From Octopus vulgaris (taxonomy: Eukaryota): a stretch of DNA of 64,000 nt. Below the pieces are notes generated by a model. The model was not told the DNA's origin. It did no database searches and worked only from the letters and a program-made list of their open reading frames with translations. How positions within the stretch are numbered: the stretch's first letter is position 1; every line of letters begins with the position of its first letter. The DNA lies in the NCBI GenBank assembly GCA_951406725.2, contig OX597818.1, positions 19,220,001 to 19,284,000 on the forward strand, in the 5' to 3' direction. A program made the translations under genes and the position numbers. Shown one piece after another: positions 44,867-57,867 of the stretch.

Positions 44867-45753
44867 CAAAGGCTGGCAAACGAATAGAATATAAATTATT
44901 TTAGCTGTTTCGGTCTTGTATGACGTCCCTTAGTGTTGAGTATTGATTATGTAAGAGTATACAGCGTGTGTGTTGTGGTAACACGTAGGAAGCGCAACGT
45001 GGGAAGCGTCTTGAGTAAGAGAGTGGGCCGTGTCTTGTAGAGCTACTTTTTTTTATATTTTTTTGTAAACTGCGTAAAGTCGTGGATCATAATTAAAAGA
45101 AACCACCTGCAGAATTGAAATGATTTGCCAGAACCGGTAGAACGCCGGACAAAATAACAAGTGTTTTTCAGTTTTGTCACTTTGTATTACCGCCGAAATT
45201 TCACCAGAGTCGACTTTCGTCTTCATAAATCTATAAATAAATAAATACCAGTTACAGACTGAAGTAATTTTCAACTGACTTGGTGTCCTCAAATATTTAT
45301 GGTTATGTATTTATGTTAAATACATAATTTTGTGTTTAGTTCGGAGAAATCGACATTGACTAGAGAAAGTTGGTAAAAACTCTTGATTACCAAATTTACA
45401 GGAGCGCCTGTATAAATGTCTGTGTGGTTAATAAGTTTGTTTCTTAAACGCTTGGTTCTAGGTTCAATCTCATTGCATGACAGGTTGGACTAGTGTCTTC
45501 TAGCCTAGTTTCGTAATGATAAGTGGAATTTGATAAATGGAAATTTTGCGGAAGCCCGCCCTAGCGCGCGCGTGTGCATGTGTGTGCGTATATCATATAT
45601 ATATATATATCTTACTCTTTACTCTTTTACTCTTTTAATTGTTTCAGTCATTTGACTGCGGCCATGCTGGAGCACCGCCTTTAGTCGAGCAACTCGACCC
45701 CGAGACTTATTCTTTTTATAAGCCCAGTACTTATTCTATCGGTCTCTTTTTGC

Positions 45754-45803
<50 letters not shown>

Positions 45804-45808
45804 ATATA

Positions 45809-45977
45809 GGAGAGAATTCACAAAAAAAAAAGGCGAAGACAGGTGGTGTAGACAACAAACAGATGTATTAGTTTAACGCTCGGGAAGTGAAAAAGTCTAA
45901 TGTTTCGAGCCGACGCTCTTCCACAGAAAGAAACAAGGAGACAAAATAAATAATGTGCAGTGGCTAGCGATCTATCT
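45809..45977 (-). mobile_element. Second copy of the variant-HHR short element (motif at 45896-45929)
   Basis: Minus strand TTT-CTGTGGA-agagc gtcg gctc-GAAAC; rest homologous to 25745-25937. Confidence 0.6.
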
Positions 45978-46032
45978 ATGTATACATATATATTTTTTGT
46001 ATGTGTGCCTACGTGTATGTATGTGTATATAT

Positions 46033-46650
46033 GCGTGGCTGTGTGATAAGAAGCTTTCTTCACAACCTGGTTCCGAGTTCAGTCTCACTGCGGAGCACCT
46101 CGGGCAAGTATCTCCTACTAGAGTCCCGGCCGACCAAAGCCTTGGGAGTGGATTTGGTTGACGGAAACTGAAAGAAGCCCGTCGTATGTGTGTGTGTGTG
46201 CGTGCGTATATTATATGTATATGTATACACATATATATATGTGTGTGTGTGTGTGTGTGCCTACGTGTGTGTATGTGTATATATGCGTGGCTGTGTGATA
46301 AGAAGCTTGCTTCACAACCTGGTTCCGGGTTCTGTCTCACTGCGTGGCACCTTGGGCAAATGTCTTCTACTATAGCCCCTGCCGACCAAATCCTTGTGAA
46401 TGGACTTGTGTGTGTGATTGTGCTTGTGTTTGTCCCCCCCCCCACAACCACCGCTTAACAACCGGTGCCGGTGTGTTTTACTCTCCGGAACTTAGTGGTT
46501 CAGCAGAAGAGAGTGATAGAATAAGCAACAAGCTTTAAAAATAAATAAGTACTGGGGTTGATACACCCGACTAAAGATTCTTCAAGGTGGTACCCCAGCA
46601 TGGCCGCAGTTTAATGACTGAAACAAGTGAAACATAAAAGGTAAAAGATA
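46033..46650 (+). mobile_element. SINE family A with tandemly duplicated head
   Basis: Heads at ~46033 and ~46283 with a duplicated flank; one tail at ~46585-46650. Confidence 0.75.
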
Positions 46651-46690
46651 CACACACACACACACACACGTATATCTATCTATCTATCTA

Positions 46691-46762
<72 letters not shown>

Positions 46763-46919
46763 CACACACATATATATAATTATATATTAATAAAAAGAAT
46801 TCCAACCTTGTCTGATTTTCACGTTTTATTTACAATCTTATAATGATATATTATAAGATAATATATTATAATTGAATAAAATAAAATGAAATAGTAGAAT
46901 GTTAAATGTTCATTCTGAT

Positions 46920-46964
46920 TGAACTAGTACTTTCATGCATTGAATTCTGCAATCTTCGGGTTCA
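46920..46964 (-). ncRNA. Hammerhead motif in the Penelope pLTR (core CCGAAGA, probably mutated)
   Basis: TGAAC-CCGAAGA-ttgca gaattcaa tgcat-GAAA-GTAC-TA-GTTCA. Confidence 0.7.
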
Positions 46965-47024
46965 TGTAGTAGTGTTGACAGTCATGCTTCACAATTTTTG
47001 ACTGTAGCAAGATGATTGATTCTG

Positions 47025-47155
47025 TGCTATAAATACAGCTGGGAGAGGCTCCAGAGTGCTAGGTTTTGCAAACTGTATTCTGGCCAATCAGTGTGTAGTA
47101 TCACTCAATTACTTAAGCTGATTGGTTGGTTGAGCTGATTGGTTTAGGCATCACG
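47025..47155 (-). promoter_or_regulatory. Putative pLTR promoter (CCAAT boxes + TATA-like box)
   Basis: Minus strand has CCAATCAG twice, plus one inverted CCAAT, then TATTTATAG about 65 nt upstream of the HHR. Confidence 0.45.
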
Positions 47156-48542
47156 CTTTGTTGGACATGTCAAGAGTCCTGTATCTTGACCCTGGCCGAA
47201 GCAGCAATTGTTGAGTTATTTTTAGAAATGTTGTAAATATCCTTTGTCAGAGATTTTTATATTTTTATATTTCAATTGTCATCATCATCATTGTCAGCAC
47301 CTTAATTATTGTTGCTAGTGGTGATGGTGGTGGCAATAGAACTTTTAACCCTAAATAAGATAATTTTCCTGCTCTCTTCATCTTGATCACCTTTAGTATT
47401 GTTGTTGTTGTTAGTGGTCATGGTCGTAGCAGTGGATGTAATACCTCTAAGTATTATTATTATTGCTTATTTAGCTTGGGTTCGAATTTATCAATAAAAT
47501 TCTTTTCTCTGATTTTCCTTTCGATTTCACTTGGGCTGTGTAATTTGTAGAATGGAAATATTATATATATTTTCCGACCACATGTTGCTAGGTGGTTACT
47601 CAAAGGTATCTGACGGACCTCTGGGTCTCTAATCTGTTGCCGGTGTACACGTGAGCGTTCTAATAGTGCGTTTCCCGTCTGACCTACATATATTTCTTCA
47701 CAATTTGGGCATTTGATGCAGTAAATTAAATTTCTGCTTTGCAGTTCATATTCGCGTTTGTGAATATTTTCCCGGTTTTTGTGTTTATATATTGACCGGT
47801 ATGTATGAATTGGCATGTGCCACATCGGCTATCATTGCATTTAGATACCGTGAATGTTTGGTCTTTGTTGCTGAGGTCAAATTTTGCCTTTGTTAGTAAT
47901 GTTTTCAAGTTTTTAGGCTGTCTTTTACTAAGCACCATAGCTCGATCCGTGATTATGTCTTTTAATTCATTACTTTGGGCAATGATTGGTAGGTTTGCTT
48001 TGGCAATGTTGAAGATATTCTGGTGACATGGGTTGTGTGTCACTATGAATGGTATGACTTGTTCTTGTTTTCCTCTTCCTTGGGTTGTCCTAAGTTGTTG
48101 TATGGGTATTTTTATAGCCCGCTGTATGCCATTTTCTATAAGTAGAGATGTGTATTTTTGTTTGAGCAAAAATTCTCTTAGTTCTATTAGGCGTTTGTTC
48201 CTGATATTTGCATCTTCTACAATAGTACAAATTCTTCTGGCTAGGCAGTATGGGATGTTACGTTTTGTATGTGGTGGATGGCACGACTTAAAATTTAGGT
48301 ATTGATGTGTGTCTGTGTGTTTATAGTATATACCTGTGGTGATGGTGGTGTCTTTTTTAATTACCATTATATCCAGGAATGGTAATTTGGTACTACTCAT
48401 CTCCTTTGTAAATTGGAGAGATGGGTGTAGGTTGTTCAGGAGGATATTGAACTCTTCCAGAGTATTTAGAGATTCTGTCCAGATTATGAAACAGTCGTCT
48501 AGGTATCTCTTCCATGCCTTTTCATATATATAATTATATATA

Positions 48543-48585
<43 letters not shown>

Positions 48586-48589
<4 letters not shown>

Positions 48590-48982
48590 AATATTAGGGA
48601 ATGAATCCAAAATTACAGGGAAAAATCAGATTTAGGGTTAAATCCAATTTATAGTAAAATATTATATAATATAATTCGAGACAAAACCACTATTTTAAAA
48701 CCAAACAAGGAAAGACTTAATCAATACATAAAATTTTAATATAAATTAAATAAACCGCCACTACAAATGTTTCATGTCTGCTCCGACAATCTTCAGGTGG
48801 ATTTTCGATCTTCTAATCAGTATCAAAATTTGATACTGATTAGAAGATCGAAAATCCACCTGAAGATTGTCGGAGCAGACATGAAACATTTGTAGTGGCG
48901 GTTTATTTAATTTATATTAAAATTTTATGTATTGATTAAGTCTTTCCTTGTTTGGTTTTAAAATAGTGGTTTTGTCTCGAAT

Positions 48983-48993
<11 letters not shown>
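48586..48993. mobile_element. Fold-back element: ~165-bp-arm palindrome centred at 48828 plus ~75-bp unique extension, flanked by (TA)n
   Basis: TATCAAA-A-TTTGATA centre; arms 48663-48827 and 48829-48993 look identical by eye. Confidence 0.92.
48856..48898 (+). ncRNA. Minimal type I hammerhead ribozyme (mirror copy at 48758-48800, minus)
   Basis: CCAC-CTGAAGA-tTGTC ggagca GACAt-GAAA-C-attt-GTA-GTGG. Confidence 0.85.
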
Positions 48994-49028
<35 letters not shown>

Positions 49029-49031
<3 letters not shown>

Positions 49032-51809
49032 AAAGAAAGGAGTCATGGAGGAGTTGCTATGTACATCCGTGGGGACCTCACACCCCAGGTCCTTTTGTCA
49101 TACTCAAACTCGGTGTGTGACACACTAATTGTACACATAAGGCAACTTGATGTAGTTGTGTGTGCTACATATCGCCCTCCAGATGCCCCAAGTCATATGG
49201 GCAAGTTCGAGGACTGCCTTTTAAAAATAGAAGAAGTTCTAACCACATTAGAACAACACATAAGTGTACTTCTCATGGGAGACTTCAATCTACCGAATGT
49301 CAGATGGCCCGAGGGCCTTTCTCTCCCAGGAATGACAAGATGTGAACGTGGACAGGCGAGGTCCCTCCTGAACCTCACCAACACCCTGTACATGGAGCAA
49401 GTAATACTGCAACCAACCAGAGCAGGTAACACACTGGATCTCTGCTTCACAAATAATATGGATCTCATCCATAATGTGAAAGTGATACCGACACTACTCT
49501 CGGATCACAACATGGTAGAGCTGACCATGTACGGGCCAAAAGAGAGCACGGACATGCAGCCTACAAGAAACCCTCAGAATCTTTCCAGCTTGAACTTCAA
49601 TAAGGCAAACTGGAAACAAATTGAGAAAGAGATCCTCAAACAAAACTGGCCTGAATGTCTCTCCTCGCCGGACATCGACATGATACTTCAACAATTCATG
49701 TCTGTAATGCAAGCCATATGCTACAAATGTGTCCCAGAGAGAAAGGCCACTGTACACAAAAACAAAATCCCCAGAGAGAGGAAAATTTTAATGAGACGGC
49801 GTACAAAAATTTCAAATCGCCTAAACAAACAAATTGAAAGTAGTGAAAAGTCCCGCCTGAAAATAAAACTGTTGGAAATTGAAAATTGTCTGCAACTTTC
49901 CCATGAGAAGGAAAGAGCAGACAAAGAAGCCTGGGCTATAGACAACATAAAAACTAACCCCAGAGCTTTCTACAGGTATGCCAAAGAAACGGCTACAGTG
50001 CACTGTAGGATAGGGCCACTCCTTGAAAAGGATGGCACACTCACAGGAAAACCAATGAGGGTAAGTGAAATACTGAATGAACAATTCAAGAGTGTTTTCA
50101 CTCCACCCCTTGGGCATTTCCAAATCAGCAATCCAACTGACTTCTTTACCACTGCAGATATAGAATCAGAGGCGGCGACGATAAGTTACATCGAGATAAA
50201 GGAAGACGATGTAATAAAGGCTATAGATGAAATGAAAATAGACTCAGCTACTGGCCCCGATGGATTCCCGGCAATCCTCCTAAAAGTATGTAAGAGAGTC
50301 TTAGCAAGACCACTGCAGTCCCTATTTCAGAGCTTCCTTGCAGCTGGCAAACTTCCAAGGGGACTGAAGGAAGGTAAAATATGCCCTATTCATAAAGGAG
50401 GTAGCAGAGCGGAGGCAAAGAACTACAGACCTATCTCTCTGACCTCACACATCAGCAAGGTCATGGAACGAATAGTCAGAAGGAAACTAATCACCTTCCT
50501 TGAAGAAAATGACTTGCTGCCCGACACCCAACATGGTTTCCGACCAGGAAGAAGCTGCTTAACTCAGCTCCTGCAGCACTATGACTGGGTGCTGAAACAA
50601 CTGCTCAACCACTCAAATGTGGAAGTCATATATCTCGACTTCGCAAAGGCCTTCGATAAAGTCGATCACGGAATGATATGTCACAGGCTGCGTGATCTTG
50701 GCATAGTTGGAAAACTAGGAGAATGGCTTCACGACTTTCTGAAGAATAGAAGTCAGGTGGTAGTAGCCAATGGGGCCACTTCCATTAACACGCAAATAAT
50801 GAGTGGTGTTCCACAGGGCACTGTTTTGGGACCACTACTGTTCATAATGGCCCTCTCAGACATGCCCTCAGCCACGCAGAGAGCCACGATCACAAGTTAT
50901 GCAGATGATACAAAAGTTTCACAGGCAATACAGAACCCTGAGGACACTAAAAACCTGCAATGTGAGCTGGACGAAATATACAAGTGGGCTGAAAAGAATA
51001 GCATGCAGTTCAATGCTGGAAAGTTTCAAGCTTTATACTATCAGCATGCAAAACTGAATGCAATACCCAATGAATACACTGGACCCGGAGGGATTGCAAT
51101 CCCAGAGGCACAATCAGTGCGTGACCTGGGTATTCACATGAGTGATGACGCGACCTTTCATGTACATGTTGCTAAACTGACAGTGAAATGTAGACGGCTG
51201 GCTGGCTGGATTCTTAGAACCTTTAGAACAAGAGAACAAGAAACCATGATGGTCCTCTGGAAGACACTTGTCCTAAGCCACTTTGACTATTGCTCTCAGC
51301 TATGGTCACCATCCAGTGTCAAGTTGATCACAGAACTTGAGGCGATCCAACGAAGCTACACAAAGAAGATAGCCTCTATGCAGAATGTAAGCTACTGGGA
51401 AAGACTCAAGAGATTAAAATTATACTCCCTGGAGCGTAGGCGGGAAAGATATGCCATAATATACATCTGGAAGATCCTGGAGGGAAGTGTCCTGAACTTT
51501 GGCATCGAGAGTTACACAAATGCCAGAACTGGGCGCCACTGCGTGGTGCCTAGGACTCCAAACCTGCCATCAAGATGTAGGACAAGGTTCTGTGATAGCC
51601 TGGGCTTCCGAGGCCCACAGCTCTTCAATATCCTCCCGAAGAACCTGAGAGACCTGCATGGGGTGGATACAGATGTCTTTAAAATGAAGCTGGATCTCTT
51701 CCTGTCAGGTGTCCCAGATGAACCAACTTCACGGCAGGAGGGGCAGATGAGGGCAGCTGCATCGAACTCTCTCATGCACCAAATAGCAGTTGCTAGAAAG
51801 CCTCCATGA
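49029..51809 (+). CDS. Uninterrupted partial ORF2 (APE + RT, ~926 aa); true start lost
   Basis: ORF 48948-51809; the first 27 codons come from flanking repeat and TA sequence. Confidence 0.85.
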
Positions 51810-51898
51810 AGTGAAACCAAGTAGCAACACCAAATGGCGGTGCCCCAGCATGGCCACAGCTCATAGGCTGGAACTGGAATCAATCAATCAATCAATCA

Positions 51899-51902
<4 letters not shown>
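49029..51902 (+). mobile_element. CR1-group LINE, copy 2, truncated within the APE domain, (ATCA)n tail
   Basis: GGVAMYIR, YRPPD, MGDFNLP, LDLCFTN, SDHNMV (APE), then the full RT; flanked by (TA)n. Confidence 0.96.
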
Positions 51903-51970
<68 letters not shown>

Positions 51971-51976
51971 TAGATA

Positions 51977-52403
51977 GATATATAGATATAGGTAGTGAAG
52001 GCGCATGGCTCAGTGGTTAGAGCGTCGAGCTTACGATCGTGAGGTTGTGAGTTTGATTCCTGGACCGGGCTGCGTGTTGTGTTCCTGAGCAAGACGCTTT
52101 ATTTCAAGACCAAAGCCTTGTGAGTGGATTTGGTAGACGGAAACTTAAAAGAAGCCCGTCGTATATATGTATATGCGTGTGTGTGTGTGTTTGTGTATCT
52201 GTGTTTGTCCCCCTAGCATTGCTTGACAACCGATGCTGGTGTGTTTATGCCCCCGTAACTTAGCGGTTCGGCAAAAGAGACCGATAGAATAAGTACTGGG
52301 CTTACAAAAGAATAAGTCCCGGGGTCGAGTTGCTCGATTAAAGGCGGTGCTCCAGCATGGCCGCAGTCAAATGACTGAAACAAGTAAAAGAAGTAAAAGA
52401 AGT
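51977..52403 (+). mobile_element. Chimeric SINE: different tRNA head joined to a family A body and tail
   Basis: GGCGCATGGCTCAGTGGTTAGAGCG head; from ~52108 the family A body and shared tail. Confidence 0.7.
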
Positions 52404-52478
52404 ATATGTACTTACATATATGCACAAACAAAAATGCATACCCCCACGCACACATGTGTGCGTGTGTATGTATGTATC

Positions 52479-52512
<34 letters not shown>

Positions 52513-52525
52513 TATACATAGATAC

Positions 52526-52574
<49 letters not shown>

Positions 52575-52626
52575 TATATATACATACATGCACATACATA
52601 CATACATACATACACATATATATATA

Positions 52627-53864
52627 TTGGGTCATCCCATAAATAATGCGGTTTTTTAAAACTTCTTTTATTTTTCAAAATTAAGATAAACAAAGTTCTT
52701 TTTTAATCTAAAATATACTCCCCTTCATTTCCTACAATGCTCTTCTATCTATCTGGTAGACTTGCAAGGCCCCTCTTCCAAAATTCACTTGCCCGTGACG
52801 AAAAATACTCCTGCTCTGACCCCGTCTACAGAATTCATATTTTTCCCGTTCAAATGATTTTGAAGACGGCGGAATAAATGATAATCAGATGGGGCAATGG
52901 TCGGCGAATGTGATGGGTAGGGCATCGTTTCCCATTCAAACCGCTCCAGCCTTCCGAATGTCATCCGCGCTGTATGTGGCCGAGCATTATCCTGATAGAA
53001 GAACATCTTTCGTCTTGAAACCAAAGATAGTCGGTTTTCTTCTAACGCTGACTTAAGCCGCTCAGGCTACTTGCAGCAGACCTCCTTTGTTATCGTTTGG
53101 TTTGGATTTAAAAGTTCAAAGTGGACTAAACCGTTCATATCCTACCAAACAAAACAACACCTTACGTGACCTTTTTTAACCTGGGGTGCCGGTGTTTTTC
53201 CTTTCTCTACCCACTGTATTCGACGCTTGACATTTTTATAGAGAACCCACTTCTCGTCACCAGTCACTATTCGGTCCAAAAAAGATTCATTCGTGAGACG
53301 TGACAGCAAAGAAGAGCACACATTCACTCTCTACGCGCGATTAAACTCGGAAAGTTTGTGAATAACCCATTGACCCAATTTGCTAACTGTTCCGATGGCA
53401 TGCAGGTATGGATGAATGGTTGAATGACCAAATCCAAGCTTCTCTGCTTGGTCCTCAGCACTTACGATGGGATTTTGTTCCACCAGGCTTTGCAGGACGT
53501 CCTCGTCGAGTTCTACAGATCGTCCAGGACGAGGCTCGTCTTCTAGGCAGTAGCTTCCGACTCAGAATTTCTGGAACCACCGTTGACACTGGCTTATGTT
53601 TATTGTCCCATCCCCATATACTGCATTAATACTCCTCGCGCTTTCCGTTGCGTTGTTGCCTTTATTGAACTCATGAAGCAAAATATAACAAATATTTGAA
53701 AAAATAACTGTTAAAATCGAACTGCACTCTTCAAAACTTGCACTAAGAATAAGTACAAGGTAAAATTACTACCTGCTTTTGTATCAGGTTGATGCAGCTA
53801 ACTTATCCCGTTCCCCTCCGACTTTTAGTTCACGAAAAAACCACAGTATTTATGAGATGACCCA

Positions 53865-53865
<1 letters not shown>
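52627..53865 (-). mobile_element. Mariner (D,D34D), decayed
   Basis: TIR TTGGGTCATCCCATAAATAATGCGG and its imperfect inverse, TA TSD; TGDEKW, QDNARPH, SPTIAPSDYHLF. Confidence 0.92.
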
Positions 53866-53903
<38 letters not shown>

Positions 53904-53937
53904 TATTTATATATATATATATATACACACACACACA

Positions 53938-53985
<48 letters not shown>

Positions 53986-53994
53986 TGCGTGTGT

Positions 53995-54355
53995 GAGGCG
54001 CTATGGTCTAGTGGTTAGGGCAGTGGACTCGCTGAAGTAGGATCGGAGTTTTGATTCTCAGACGGGGCGTTGTGTTTATTGAGCGAAAACACCTAAAGTT
54101 CCACGAGGCTCCGGCAGGCGGGTTGAGTGGGACCCCTACTGTACTCTTTCAACACAACTTTCTCTCACTTTTTCTTCTTGTTTCTGTTGTACCTGTATTT
54201 CAAAGGGCCGGCCTTGTCACACTCTGTGTCACGTTGAATCTCCCCGATAACTACGTTAAGGGTATATACGTGTCTATGGAGAGTGCTCAGCCACTTGCAC
54301 GTTAATTTCACGGATCAACTGGAATCCTCGTCGTCGTAACCGACGGAGTGCCACG
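53995..54355 (+). mobile_element. SINE family C variant
   Basis: tRNA-like head and CACCTAAAGTTCCACGAGGCTCCGGCAG body shared with 30005 and 34170. Confidence 0.7.
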
Positions 54356-54407
54356 ACGGTTTATATATACATACATACATATACATACGTGTGTGTGTGT
54401 GTGTGTG

Positions 54408-54476
<69 letters not shown>

Positions 54477-55085
54477 ATTTTTCTATCCAAGCATTTAACC
54501 CCCTTTGAGTAGGGTTCACTTTGTTCTAATAATGCCACTAAGTTGTCGCACCAATCAATATACTATTCGGTCTGTAATTGGATGCCTATTGCTTTCTTTG
54601 AGTTAACTGTGTCAGGAAGGAGCCGTTTCCTGTCATTAGTAGGCTGGTGACAGGAAAGCGAAAATTGATAGCAGAACGCCAAAAAAAAAATTGGCATACA
54701 CAAGGCATTCTATCTAAATTACACTTGAACGACTCTGCAACATCAGCGATGATACAGAAATTTACACATGCAACCATATGTACAGGTACGCGGACCCATA
54801 CCTGTATATATGTTTGTATTTATAGATTTTCTCTCAGATGAAACTAGCCAAATTTTGCACAAGGCCAGCAATTTTAGGGGGAATGTGTCAGTCGAATATT
54901 TCTATTATAGTGCTTGGCTGATACTTACTTTAACTCGCTTGTGCGCGCACACGCTCACTTTCGCATACAAACATATTTACACACACACACACACACACAC
55001 ACACGAGTAAGCACATAATCGCAAATCAAGGTGGAAAAAATAGCACTCGAATATCGAAGGTAGGGGTAATATATTATTTTATTCC

Positions 55086-55200
55086 CAAAACTGTTATTCA
55101 GAATTACAAGTTTCCATTCGTTGGACAGTTGCTGTTAAGACAAGTCTTAATCGCAACTGTCCGACGAACGGAAAACATGTAACTCTGAGTAACAGTTTTG
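55086..55200. repeat. Diverged fold-back (~56-bp arms) with a degenerate HHR
   Basis: Centre TTAAGAC-AA-GTCTTAA; right arm ACTGT-CCGACGA...GTAAC-tctga-GTA-ACAGT. Confidence 0.65.
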
Positions 55201-55227
55201 TGATGTTTGCGTAGCTTTAATAAAAAG

Positions 55228-55352
<125 letters not shown>

Positions 55353-55732
55353 ACATTTGAAAGCGTGTGGCTTAGTGGTCAGAGGTTTTGCACTCACAAC
55401 CGCAAGATTGTAGTTTCGATTCCCAGACCGGGGGTGCATTGTGTTCGAGCAGACAACACTTCATTTCACGCTGTTCCAGTCCTCTCAACTATGCATACAT
55501 ACATACGCGCCACCTAGACGAGTTAAATGGAAGAAATCAACCCCAGAACTTTTTTCTTTAAAGCCTAGTACTTATTCTATATTCAAAGACACTCACACAT
55601 AGATACATGCATGCATGTATGTATGTATGTATGTATGTATGTATGTATGTATGTATGTATGTATGTATGTATGTATGTATGTATGTATGTATGTATGTAT
55701 CATGTATGAATGTATGTATGCATGTATGTATA

Positions 55733-56478
55733 CTCGAAGGCTCTCGGTGTGAAAGTATAGAAGCTCTTGTGTTATAGCAAAGGCTCAGATGGAGTGGTCA
55801 TCTGGTCAGAATGAAGGATTCAAGGATGCCAAAACAACTCTTTTATGGAGAGTTAGCTAAAGGAGAACGACCTCCATATAAACCAAAAAAGAGGTATAAG
55901 GACTTGCTGAAGGTTTCCTTAAGAGATGCTTGCATCTCTCCTGACACATGGGAAGGCATAGCTATTGATCGTAGCAGGTGGAGAAGGATTGTGCATGAGG
56001 GGACAGCCACGTTTGAGAAATCTCGAGTTGCTCATGAGAAAGTAAGGAGGGATGTCAGGAGGGGCATCGCTGTTACACTTCCAGAAGGGAAGGATCTTCC
56101 TTTGATTCTGACATGCAATGTCTGTGCAAGACTCTGCCTCAGTAAAGGTGGACTCATGAGTCATCTTCGTAGTCATAAAACGAGACAGATGAATGACAAC
56201 CTGGCCACTGGTGGTGGGGTAACACACCATACTAATCGTATCTGTCGGGCATGTGGAAGAGAGTGTAATTCGGCAGGAGGACTTAAACGACATGCAAAGA
56301 TACATGAAACCCAGTTACAACTACAGCCGGCTATTACCAGTAAAGGTTTTAGTTGCCAATTTTGTACAAGACATTGTAGATCTTTAGCTGGGCTAAAAAG
56401 TCACATTCGATCACAGCATCAGTTACAGTTAAGCTTCGTGCAATGGCCATACTCGATAACGAGGGGGCAGCCATAATA
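55733..56478 (+). mobile_element. RTE-clade LINE 3' fragment with three C-terminal C2H2 zinc fingers, within (ATGT)n
   Basis: LRWSGHLVRMKDSRMPKQLFYGEL..KRYKDLLK..WE..A.DRSRWR; CNVC..HLRSH, CRAC..HAKIH, CQFC..HIRSQH. Confidence 0.88.
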
Positions 56479-57585
56479 ATGTATGTATGTATGTATGTAT
56501 GTATGTATGTATGTATGTATGTATGTATGTATGTATGTATCATGTATGAATGTATGTATGTATGTATGTATGTATGTATGTATGTATGTATGTATGTATG
56601 TATGCATGCATGTATGTATGTATGTATGTATGTATCATGTATGTATGTTTGTATGTATGTTTGTATGTGTGTATGTATGTATGTACACACACACACACAC
56701 AGAGGCTATAATTCTTAATAGAAGCGCAATAATTCAAATAGAATATTTTATGAGTTGTCTCCCTTACTAAAACATTTAGACATCAGAAACTTATAAATTA
56801 TACGTAATACGAAGTCTTATGACGTAAGATAATAGGTACATGCGATTAACGCCCAGGTCAAACTTCTGCCTAAACCATAACTTTAAACGAAATTTAGCAT
56901 GCAAAGATGTTATGGCTGCCTAAATGAGAATTGATTATAGGCAGTGTTTTAATCGAGCTCGAGCCTGTGTATAGGATAGACAAGCAAACAACTAGTATCG
57001 GGTCAAATTCTGACTTATATATATATATAAAACACACGGAGAGAAGCGAATGCTTGAACGAGTTTAAATCACAAGAGATCAGCAAAAGTTCCATTCATGA
57101 ATATTCATAATGGTCGCGATATATGGCAGTATACTCCAGGAATATTTATAAGGTAAGGTCCGTAGCATTGATGTTAGACAGCAGTTAAGGCAGCCAGCTG
57201 GTAGAATCGTTTGAACGCCGGGCAAAATTCTTAACTGCATTTCGCCTGTCTTTATATTATGAATTTAAATTCATCCGAGATAGATATTTGCCTTTCATTC
57301 TTTTGGGGATCGAGAAAAATAAGTACCATTGAGTACTAGGTGGATATAATCGACTTAACCCCTTCCCCGAAATTGCTGGCCTTGTGTCAAAATTTAAAAC
57401 CGATATTACTCAGTACGTTACGGTATATCGTGACAACTAAAACTTAATTTACTTTTATAGTTATACTTTCGTAAAGATTACATTTTTAGATACATTATTA
57501 GCTTATGTCACTCCTAAGGCCTAGTTATCTGTTAGGAACTAAGTTTAACAGCTTAGTATTTAACCAGAAATCCCAGAGCTTACTG

Positions 57586-57867
57586 CAGTGTTTCCCAACT
57601 TATTTTCCCTAAGGCCCTACAATAACTTTCCAGAAAAATGTATGTCCCACTCGGTGTTAGAAAGAAATCAACTTTATTTTTTATAATACTCTATCACAAT
57701 TATTTAATGCAAAAGAGTCTACCGGTAACTCTTTTATTAAGTACTGAGTACAAGAAAAAAGAACATGATTGACTAAGAAAATAAGAAGAAAATTATTGGA
57801 TCCCACACCCCACCACAATTTTCCGAGACCCCACCGGTGGGGTGTATACCCCATGTTGAGAATCATT
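57586..57867. mobile_element. hAT-like MITE remnant
   Basis: CAGTGTTTCCCAAC ... GTTGAGAATCATT termini. Confidence 0.5.

Larger units (their letters stand above)
46790..48523 (-). mobile_element. Penelope-like element, 5'-truncated: RT C-half + GIY-YIG endonuclease + 3' pLTR
   Basis: WKRYLDDCFIIW, LPFLDIMV, YYKHTDTHQYLNFKSCHP, CNDSRCGTC; after one frameshift NLIYCIKCPNCEEIYVGQTG..ERSRVH..REKNFIDKFEPKLN* (47460). Confidence 0.92.

Noticed and set aside
48948-49028. Apparent N-terminus of the 953-aa ORF
   Set aside because: It derives from the palindrome arm and TA repeat; the LINE is truncated at 49029.
55811-56476. Host C2H2 zinc-finger gene
   Set aside because: The fingers are in frame with the RTE C-terminus and lack TGEKP linkers.
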